A DNA stretch of 64,000 nucleotides, from NCBI GenBank assembly GCA_012295275.1, contig CM022665.1:44640001-44704000 (forward strand). Reading direction: 5' to 3'. This DNA is from Chrysomallon squamiferum (taxonomy: Eukaryota > Animalia > Mollusca). Both the position numbers and the translations under genes were made by a program. The notes below the pieces were generated by a model. The model saw only the letters and a list, made by a program, of their open reading frames with translations, did no database searches and had not been told where the DNA came from. Positions 41,633 through 53,548 of this stretch are shown piece after piece. The number at the start of each line of letters is the position of its first letter. Positions within the stretch are counted from its first letter, which is position 1.

Positions 41633-44600
41633 GTCTCTCATTTGTTTGTGCTCACATAGGCTTACATACACACACTATGCAAGTTCAAATTGTTTGTGTA
41701 TTTGAAACTGAATTATTGAAATAAATCACCTTGACTTTGTGAAGATATCTACATACCATATGTCAGATTTCTTGCAGTCCGAATCTAAAACCAGCTGTGA
41801 AGAGCAAATATTTCAACAGCGTCCACCAAGTTCTGAATCAAAAACATGGTAACTTTTCACATACTAATTATTATGATTTGTCAGTCTGTTTTGTATATTA
41901 AAGAAACTCCTGTTCACAAACATATACATACATACACACACAATTCTAATGCTATAATATGACATTATTTATGTGTGTATTTTTTAAGAAAATTACTGTA
42001 ACAGGACAAAACCTTCTATTTCTGTTTTTTGTTTTTTTGAAGTTTACCATAATGAAGAAACAGATATATATATTTTATGAGAAAGCCAATTTAATAATGC
42101 AAAAGTAAATTTATGTTAAAATGGTATTTAAAAAAAAAAACAGAAAAATATATCCAAATTTTTAGAAATATAAAAATGATTAAAGATATTGAAAAAATAC
42201 TTTGTTTATTTTATCTTTCTATCTATCTGTCTGATTGTTTATTTATAATTTTATCTTTCTTCATATTTCTGTCTGTCTGTCTGTCTATCTCTGTATATAA
42301 TATCCATCTATCTACCTATTTATCTGTCTGTTCATTCATTGATTCATTCATTCATTCATTCATTCATTTATTCATTCATTCATCCATTCATTTATTTATT
42401 CATTCATTCATTCATTCATTTTTTTTTTTTTTTTTTTTTTTTTTAAGCAGATGAACCATACATTCTAAAATCGTCAGGCATATTCACCATGGAAACGGCA
42501 ACCATCCTCACACCATCAGTACACTTGAACGACAACCTTCTCGTGGACCTAAAAATAACCAGCCACTTTCCTGGAGAGGTAACCTGCGACAAAATCAGCA
42601 TATCTGTCCTGAAGTGCGAGCCGGAACTGACCCCAGACCCTTCGCTCTTTAACCAGAAGAAAATCTGCCATGTCAGGTCACCGAGCTTGACCAATGGGAG
42701 GCACGAACACTTGGCCAATTTCCAGCCAATCAGAAAGCAGCTTCCATCGACGATCCAGGCTAAAGACATCTACGAAGTGAGACACGGGAAGATAGTGGCT
42801 GCTGGAGTGACATGCGCTAACGCTCACGAGCTGCTGAAGAGGCTGGACAGCGCTTGCAGTTCTGATGACAGCCCCGAAGTGGTCGAGAAGGGAGATTACT
42901 CCTGTTTGTCTGGTTGCCGCCAGCAACAAGACAAAGTTGAAGCCGGGAGAGAACACGGTTCAGCTGAGAATGAAGGTGAGGGATGGAACTGTGATGATGA
43001 TGATGATCGTGATGATGATGGTTTAATGAATAATTATTAACGGTGATAAAGTTTTGCAAGATAGTCACCATATTTTCCAAGAATCCCCATAAATGATGTG
43101 AATCTAAAAAATTTTTAGAATGTTGTTATCTGTGAATCATTAGATCTTTTCTCTTAATCAGTTATATAGGAACCATTTTACTTTAAAAATAACTACTACT
43201 TTATAAAAGTTGCTCTATGATTAATACGAATCACAATAATTCAGAGGAATCACAATATATTCTAAGAATTATTTTCTAAGAAATTCCATATTTTATGATA
43301 ATCATTATTTTTAAAAAATCATTCTGTTTTTCTAAAAATCATTCTGAATTTTCCAAGAACCACTGCATTTCCAATAATCATTGTATTTTCTAAGAACCAC
43401 TGTGTGTTTTCTAAAAATCACTCTGTAACTTCCAAGAACCACTGTATATTTCTAAGAACCACTGTATTTTCTAAGAAAGAACCATTTTTTGTTTTCTAAA
43501 ATCCATTGTTTATTTTTTTTTTTTTTTTAAAAAAAGCACTGTATTTTCTAAGAAATTGCTGTATTTTCTAAGAACGTCTGTGTGTTTTCTTGGTTTCAGT
43601 GTGACAAGGAAGGAGTGTTTCAGATGAGTCAGCTGTGTTTCCAGCTCAGACACGTCGAGTTTCTCAAACCAATCTCCGCGTCTGACCTCTACTTCCGAGT
43701 GACCTGCATTGAGCCTCACATCTACTTCAAACCGGTAAAAGCAGGTGAGAAAAAGAAGATAAAAAAATGGACTTTGTCCACTCTGGTCATTCTTAGTGGC
43801 ATTTTTAAAAAATATTTATAACTTCAAACCAGTAAAAGCAGGTGAGAAAAAAAAAAAAAAAAAGGACTTTGTCCACTCTGGTCATTCTTTGTGGCATTTT
43901 TAAAAAATATTTATAACTTCAAACCAGTAAAAGCAGGTGAGAAAAAATAAAAAAAAAAGGACTTTGTCCACTCTGGTCATTCTTTGTGGCATTTAAAAAA
44001 ATTTTTATTTATAACCAGTAAAAGCAGGTGACAGTCATAAAAAAAGGACTTTTTCTGGTCATTTAAATTTTTAAAAAAAATAATCAAACCAGTAAATGTA
44101 GGGGAAAATGAAAAAAAAAAATGGACTTTTATTCTTTTATATTTTAAAAAAAAAATGTTTATTAAAAAGCAGGTGAGAAATGAAAAAATGAAAAATGGAA
44201 ATGGCATTTTAAATTTTTATTCAAAATATTGAGAAAAAGATAAAAAAAAAAATTGATTTTTAAAAAATATTTTAATTGTCAGGTGAGAAAATGAAAAAAA
44301 AAAAATTTATTCTTTGTGGCATTTTTTATTTTTTATTTATGATTAGTTGCTTTTATTTTTATTTAAAATTAAAAATAAATTAATATTTTGTTTAGAATTT
44401 TTTTTTTAAATTTCTATTAAAAATAAAAAAAAAAAAAATTGTATTTTTTGTAATTCAGTTATTTATTATGACCAGTAACTAAATTTATGAATAAAGTAAA
44501 ATGCAATTTTAGTATAATAATAAATATTAAAGCACGTACTAGTGGAGTGTTGTAAAATTATTATGCTGTTAATAGCAGATAATTTAAACACAGCTTCTGA

Positions 44601-46912
44601 AAACACACATATTTGTGTTTGTGTGTACACATTTTTCAAAAGCTTTCCTGAATTCTCTGTACATTAGAAAATACTGAAATATAATAAAAAAAAAAATAAA
44701 AATTAATTTCAGACAAAAGCTTTCATGAATTTACTGTACATTAGAAAATACTGAAATATAATTAAAAAAATAAATAAAAATTAATTTCAGACAAAAGCTT
44801 TCATGAATTCTCTCTACATTAAAAAATACTGAAATTTAACCAAAAAAATAAATAAATAAAAAAATTTAATTTCAGACAAATTCCTGGTGGGAATCCATCA
44901 AGAAGCAGTTTTTAGTTTAACAACAGGAAGCCTCACTCTGGCTGTTGGCGACAGTTTCAAACTCGAACCTGAGGCTGGGTTTGACCTTCAGGTCATCGGT
45001 GACCTTGCACAGCAGCTGCCAGTAGAAGCTAACAAAACAGTGAACCTCAGTGTCAAGGTCTTTTGTCCTGAGAACACTGACTTTGAGGAGAAAATAGAAA
45101 AGAAGGTAATAGGATGATGTTTTAACTATTACTTTGATGATACTTTGTTATTGATTTGTGATGAAAACAAATGTAACCTGTTAAAATATATAATTGTTCT
45201 GATGTGAACGGAAAGTCTAAATAGGTTAAGTGATTTTGTTGTTACAGTATGTGTTGTGTTTGGTACTTCATGTTATTGTTTTATATCTTCTTCTTCTTCT
45301 TTTTTTTTATTTCCCCACTAAAACCAAACTTGGCTAATAATAAAGTTTGAGGATGATTTGAACACATATTTTTATGTGTGTATGTATGTATATATACACA
45401 CATACAGAAACATACATATATAATAAATAATGTTTTATCAAAAATTTCATAATCATCTTTCTTCTTTCTTTCTGCCTTTCTTTCTTTCTTTCTTTTGTTC
45501 TTCAAAGCATACTAAATACTAAATTTGTCTTTTGAAATCAGCTGAAGTGTGTGATACCCTCTTGGAACAAGACGTTGGAGACAGAAGTTGTGTTTATCTT
45601 TCCATTTGCTGTCAGCCAGAGATTGCACACCTCAGTAGAAAGGTCAGTGCAGTGACACCTGCATAATCTGGACAGTACGATTTTTGTCAGTAAATGTTCT
45701 GATACACAGATTTTTATAGAATAATCCCCCTTTAAATTTGGATTTTGTATGAATGTATTTTTTCTGTTAACTATTATTTTTTGTTTTAATAATGATAATG
45801 ATAATGATAAAAATAATAATGATAAAAAAAATAATAATGATAATAAAAATAATAATAATAATAATAATTTATAATGATAATAACAGTAATAATAAAATAA
45901 TAATAAAAATAACAACAGCAGCAAAAACAGCAATAAGAAGAAGTACGACAAAGAAGAATACAAACTGAAAGAAGATTTTAAAAGATTTTTGCTTCTAAAA
46001 TTAATACAATAGGTGTATATTTTTTAACAGAGATTATATTTACTAAATTCAAAAAGTTCTGTTTTTTGACAACCCGTGACAGTTCTTATTTATTAATTCA
46101 ATTTTTTTTTTTTTTTTTTTTTTTTCTCTGAATAGAAAATATATCCAATTGACAGTACAGGGTAGTACATCGTCCAATTTCATACTGACAAGACCAGAGT
46201 TATGTGCCCTTACCAATGACGTTGAGGTTTACTTAATGAACAGTCCTGGTCAGGAAATGGTAAGGAATAATAAGGAATAAGGAATAACTGACCAACCACA
46301 CATCACATACATTATTCTTAATTGGAATAACTGACCAACCACACATCACATACATTATTCTTAATTAAAATATAAAACAAAAGAATAATAAGGAATAAGG
46401 CATAGCTGACACATACACATACATTATTCTTAATTAAAATATAACACAAAAGTCATAGACATGTTGATGGTGCTTTCAGGTTTTTGTTACTAATACACAA
46501 AGGAACTTGTTTCTAATTCAGCTGTGAATAATGCTCATTAGCTGATTTTTATACACTACGAAGTTTAAAACAGGGTTAATTCAAACCTCTTTTGTTCAGG
46601 ATTCACAATTGCTCATTTTCCTGCTTTGTCGTTTAAGCTGAAAACCTCTTCGGTTGGAAATGATGGAATTCATGGGCACAATAGATGTTAAGTATGAGGG
46701 AGGGGGCAAATGGAGTTATCTGCTCTTACACAATGTGTCAGAATAGTGTTTAGTTCTGTGAATGAATACAAAAATCAGATATTCTGTATTAAGTAGTTTG
46801 TCATGCAATACATATAGAAAGATTTCTCTAAGTACTACCCTTCAACATGTATATGTATGTGTATGTGTCTGTATGTATGTATATGTGTATATGTATATCT
46901 TATATGTATATG

Positions 46913-46944
<32 letters not shown>

Positions 46945-46970
46945 TATATATATATATGCATGTATATGTG

Positions 46971-47032
<62 letters not shown>

Positions 47033-47143
47033 TATATAAAATAATAAAAAGAATATAAAAGATTTCTTGCTTACACAGTCCAGAATTAGCTTTTTTCTGA
47101 TGGACAGAGAAACTTCCTGTCACTACATTTCTCACATAACAAC

Positions 47144-47174
<31 letters not shown>

Positions 47175-47552
47175 CTATATCTATCTATATATATATATAT
47201 ATATTATGGATGTCTTTACAATTTGGTGACTGGTGATTTTTTGCCCCCTTTGGCTGTTAGATGCATATTTACCATGTGTTATTGAATTACCAGTAATTAA
47301 AATTTCTTAAAAAAAAAAACTATAATGGAAATGACTGATATCATTTTTTTTAAAAAATATTGAAATTGCAGAACATATTAGTTGGTATGAAAATATGTTT
47401 GGGAAGAAAATTTAAAACCTTTTTCTATTTTAAATTTTTTTTTTTTTTTTTATTAACTCTATAATTTATGTGTAGTTTTAAATTATAGACAGTTGGGTGC
47501 CATATAACGTAATATATAAATTCCTGTTTTAAATAACAGACAGCTGTGTATG

Positions 47553-47606
<54 letters not shown>

Positions 47607-49592
47607 TTCTTTGTTAAATAATATTTTGTTTTTAACAACAGATAGTTGGGTGTGAGATAACTTATATATATATACATATACATATATATTTATATTTCTG
47701 TGTCAAACAATATATTTTTTATAAAATTACAGACATTAGGGTATGAGATAACATAATATACACACACATACACACAGAGATGTATTTCTATTTCTGTGTT
47801 GAACAATATTTCTTTAAAAATTACAAATATTTGTGTATGACTACTATGAGATTACATAATATATATATATATATATATATATTTCTGTGTTAAATATTTT
47901 TTTTAAATTACAGACATCTGGGTATGAGATATATATAATTTATGTATATATATATATATATATTTATTTCTATTTCTGTATTAACCAATATTTTTTTTAT
48001 GAGATATATATAATTTATATATATATATATATATTTATTTCTATTTCCGTATTAACCAATATTTTTTTTATGAGATATATATAATTTTATTTATATATAT
48101 ATATTTCTATTTCTGTGTTAAATAATATATTTTGTTAAACTTACAGACAGTTAGTAATCTTCAGGCTGCTAACTATGTCTGGCAGATGAAGTGCAACACA
48201 CCTAAAGTTACATCAGTAGAGATGGTTTTCACCGTCGACTACAGCAGCGACCTTGATTTGGCAGACGTACCGCGCAGACATCACTACACTTTCTCAATTG
48301 AAAATTTTCAGGTGCGTTTACGATTTATTTATTTTTAGTCTGTTGATATTGTTGTTGTTAGTATTTTTGTTGTTATTGTTTTTATTATTATTATTAAATT
48401 CTTTTTTTATTATAATAATTATATTTATTATAAATATTGATGTTATTATTATTACTATTATTATTATTAATATTATTATTATTTTATTTATTTTTTCAAT
48501 AATTTGGTATAATTATTTTATATCATTATTATTATTATAATTATTTATCTTTATTATTATAAAATTTATATTAATTCTATTATTATAATTATTGATGTTA
48601 TTTTTATTATTACCATTATTATTATTATTATTATTATTATTTTTATTTTTTATTTTTTTTGCTGGTTTATATTTACCATCATCATATTATTCTGCTGCTG
48701 TTCTTGTCATTTTACTTATATCTGAAAATAAAACCATAAAATATCTGAAGACTCTGAGTGAACAAGAAAGTAATCTTCTTAGATTACAGTTTTTGTAATT
48801 AGACTCTTTAGAAAAAAAATAACAGATTTCATATAACAAAACATTCCCCTTCCAGATGTCATATTTTGAGAAAAATTATTGATGTTTTCATATTTTAATA
48901 ATTGTGCATTTTCCACATAAAGTTTTTTGAATGTGTTATATGTTTGCAGTCATAAAAACCATGCAACATCAATTGTGAATATTCATTTTTAGCCAGACAT
49001 TGTTTATTTTAAAGACCTTTAGTAAACTGTGGTTCTGGTATCAATGTTTAGGTTAATGTAAATTAAATAATAACCAACCGTAACAAGTAGGATAACCAGT
49101 AGTAACTGTAACAACCATGTGTTAGTTTCTGTATGAATGAAACCATCACAGTGCACAGCAGAATATAAAAAGTAACCAAACACTAATTACATTTGGACTG
49201 ATTTCTTTTTGTCTTTGTTCAAGGAATTTGATTTAATTTTTCCTTTTTCTTGTTGATAGGCCAAAATAAAAATTTTGAAAATTTTGAAAATTGAATGATT
49301 AATTCATGATAATAATAATGTTAGTGTTGATGATGATGATGATGAAGTATATGATGCTGATGATTGTAATAAGATAAGAAATTTATCAACAAACTTTATT
49401 AATTTAAAAATAAATAAATAAATAAAAGATAACATGTACAATTACATGTTATATAGGTAAACAGCTGCCATGATTGATGTTCAAAAAAGCAAGAATTATT
49501 ATCACATTTGTTTATTTTATTATTATCCAATATTTAACATGATATTAAAAAAAAAAAAAAAAATTAATAACAAAATATATATAAATAAATAA

Positions 49593-49636
<44 letters not shown>

Positions 49637-52600
49637 TAAATACAAAATGAAAATAATTAAATAAATGATAAATAATAATAAAAATAATAAAAAATTAAAT
49701 AATAAAAAATAAAGTTTACAGGAAAAAAAAAAGAAACAAACAAAACAAAACAAAACAACATAAAAAACCCAACCAACAAACAATAAATAAAATGAAAAAC
49801 AAAATGCTAAAATAATGAAATGAAACAAAATAAAAGAAATACAAATAACAAACAAAACCAAAAAGGAAACACCAATTCATAACAAAAAAAAAAAAAAAAA
49901 AACACCTCCCAAACAAATCATACTTGTAATCTATAAAAAAAATCAATATAAACTCTAATAAACCTTTTCCAAGAAAATTAAACCTTTAACTATTTTTACC
50001 TTGAAATTAATCTTTTCTTTAATGTATTGATTTTGTGGCATCTGCAACAAATTATTAATGTCTTTGAATTTAAAACTTCCTGTCAACTGATTAATGACCT
50101 TTGTCTTGGAAAGGAATCACGTTTCCTGCAGTTAGATCTGCTTACCTGTAATTCCAGGTATTTGTTCACCTGTAATTGACCACCAAAATAGACAAGAAAG
50201 GTGATCTGTAAACCGATTGATGACATTGTTTCATCATGTTGATGTTCTGTAAAAATTAAAGAAATTAAAAAAAAAAAAAAAAATAAATAAAAAAGAAAAT
50301 AAAGAACAGTGATTTTAGATTTGTCTTGATCATTAGTTAAGAGTTGTTTACAAATTTATTTTAAAAAAAAGAAGAAAAAAAGGAGGAAGTAAATGAAAGA
50401 ATAAAAAGAAGAAAGATTTTTGATGTAACTTGTAAGTGTGTTTAACAAGATTTATTACAGATGGGGTGTAAATAATGGGGCTAAGCTGCAATTAAACCAC
50501 CAGATGCATGTGTAGGTTTCTTCACAAAAGATATTACTAGTGTACTTCCCATTACAGCTAATGCTCCATAATTTGTTTGTCTAACACTGTAATGAGTAAT
50601 TTCTTGTCTTTAGGAGTTTGGTCATAAAAAAATATTATTCTCTGCTAATCTGTAACTACTGCTGTAGTTTCTAGAATGCCTAATTACATGTATGTTTTTT
50701 CCTGTCTACGTGAAGGTTTATGTAAAATATATCATGTGGCTAATTGTTGATAAAAGTGTAGTAATGAATGGGTAAAGACAGACTTTTGTGTTTAATTTCT
50801 TTTTTTTAATTAAAATAAATAGATTAAATAAATAAATAAATAATTATAGAAATATAGAAATAAAAAAATTTCATATTTATACATGATACTAATACTGATG
50901 CTGAGTATTGAAAATGAAAGATTTCAAATTAATATTAATTTTCAGTCCAAGGTTACTGAAATATTTCAAATTCATTTTAATTTTTACTGCCCGCATACAT
51001 TCCCTCTATCTCCAAAAATTAAAACAATTCTTTAAATAAATGAAAAGAGGAAATCTCTGTCATTTCTATTAAATTAAATTCTGTCCAAGTATTTGGAAGC
51101 CTGTGCATGCATTCAAGTATTTGTGTGTGTGGGTATGGGTGTATGTTTACAAGACAACAATTAAATATTTTAATGGATGCATGTGCATGGGCACATGTGT
51201 GTGTGTTAGCATGTGTGTGTGGGTTTGGGGGTTTATGTGTACAAGACTGTTAACAAATAAATTATTTTGTTTAATGTTCTTCAGACCAAGTACATACTGA
51301 ACTATCACATTGAGAGTGGACACACAAAGAAGATGTACAAAGTGGGGAAGATGTGCACTCTACACATAGAGGTGAAGAAAACACACACGGGACAGACCAA
51401 TCACCAGAATCTGGTCTATGAAGTCTGCACAGCCCAGCAAAACTGGGCCATTTCAGCCAAGTCTACAGGTTTTTAACATTTATCTGCATTTATCTACAGT
51501 TATCTACAGAAATTTAACATTTATCTACAGTTATCTACAGATATTTAATACTCATCTACAAATATTTGACACTTTTCTACATATATTTAATACTTCTTCA
51601 GGTATTTAACATTTTTCCACATCTGTTCAACATTTATCTATAAACATTTAACACTTTTATGCAGGTATTTAACACTTACCTACATGTACTTAACACTTAC
51701 CTACATATATTTAACACTTATCTACAGATATTTAACACTTATCTACATTTTATTTACCACTTATCTACATATATTTAACTTATCTACATTTTATTTAACA
51801 CTTATCTACATGTATTTAACACTTATCTACATTTTATTTACCACTTATCTACATTTTATTTAACACTTATCTACATATATTTAACACTTATCTACATGTA
51901 TTTAACATTTATCTACAGATATTTAACACTTATCTACATTTTATTTAACACTTATCTACAGATATTTTACAGATGTTTAATTTCTCAATATATGTTTGGA
52001 AACATTTTTTTTTTAAAACAGAATATTATATTCTGACATTTTAAATATATTTTGTATCAGATCATGTTGGATTGCTTTTTTTTTTTAATAAGATCATGTT
52101 TTGTTTTGAATCAGATTATATTTGTTTTTAATCAAATCATGTTTATTTTTAATCAGGTTATGTTTTGAGTCAGATTTGTTTTGTTTTGATTTCAGGTAAT
52201 ATTTTGTTTGTTTTCAGGTGTTTTCACACTAAACAATGGCTACTACAAAACAATTATTGATGTGTTACCTTTGGAAGCTGGCTTTATTCACCTACCAATG
52301 GTCACTTTACAAAAATACAACCCAGAAAGCAAAATACCTGTTGTTGTTTCAGGTTAGAGATCTTTTTTTTCCTTTTCTCTTTTTTTTCTTTTTTTTTTTC
52401 TATCATTTTTTTTTTTTTTTTTTTTTTCATTTTATTTACTTTATTTTGTAATATTAATTAATTAAATAATTTATTATTATTATTTATTTAATTTGTTTAA
52501 CAAAATTAATTTTTTTTATATAAATATTTAATTTATGTTTGTTTGATTTTATTATTTGTTATGATTTATTTATTTGTTTTATTTTTATCTTTTTGTTATT

Positions 52601-53515
52601 ATTATTATGGTTGTTTTTTTTGTGTTTTTTTTACATATATTGTTTTGTTTTGTTTATGTATAATAACATTTATTTTCAGTAGTCATTTTTATATGGGTTG
52701 GCATTATTACAGGAAATATCTTTATTTCATTATCATTTTTTATAATTAATTAATTTTATTTTTAATTTCGAAACTGAATTAGCTATAATAAATGAATAAA
52801 TTAACATTGATTAATCAATCTGACAGACACTTCAGTACCTACCATGAAGTATTTGTATTTTTTTTACACTGTATGCAAAGGAAAATATCACATTAAGCAC
52901 ATAATTATGGTTTAGTAAATCTTCCTATAATATGTCTAAGCAAAAATTGTATGTAGAAAATGGTTTATCTTATTACAAATATTTATTACTATTACTTATT
53001 CAAAAATTTATAAAATTCATCACAGAAAACTCAGAAACATTCAGTTTGTTTTCTGTACAGAAATCTTTCAGTGTCCACTTTTAATTAATTTTGAGCAAGC
53101 TGTATGTTGATTGGTTGATGATGCTGAACTTTATAAGAGACATTCAGTCATTGGCTGAAGTTTTAATATTATATTTAAATAAGTCTTCGTGACTTAATAA
53201 TATGATATAACATTTTGGACACATAAACCTATGTTAGATGTTGTCCCTAAGTTTATTGTACACTTTTGATTTTTAAATCATAAACAGTAGATATATATTT
53301 GATCCACTGAGTTTTTGAATTTCAAGGAATACTTAACATCTGAACATTATATAAAGTTATTCAATACTAAATTTTATACTTGTTTTTTTAATACTTATTT
53401 TAACCGAAAATGAATTTTATAATAATAATGATGATCATTATAATGATAATATGGATAATGATGATGCTGTTGCTGCTACTTCTGAATATGATAATAATAA
53501 TACTGTTGTTAATGA

Positions 53516-53548
<33 letters not shown>

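Noticed and set aside
42900-42905. TCC TGT resembling the antizyme +1 shift site TCC TGA
   Set aside because: There is no stop codon at the shift site and no evident downstream pseudoknot; a sequencing indel is far more likely.
42443-43080. Minus-strand ORFs at 42443, 42678 and 42817
   Set aside because: Antisense shadows of TRAPPC10 exon 14.
46762-47285. Cluster of VC/YI/HT-rich ORFs
   Set aside because: (TG)n/(TA)n microsatellite artefacts, as at 34128-34470, 39830-40103, 60135-60371 and 61808-62517.
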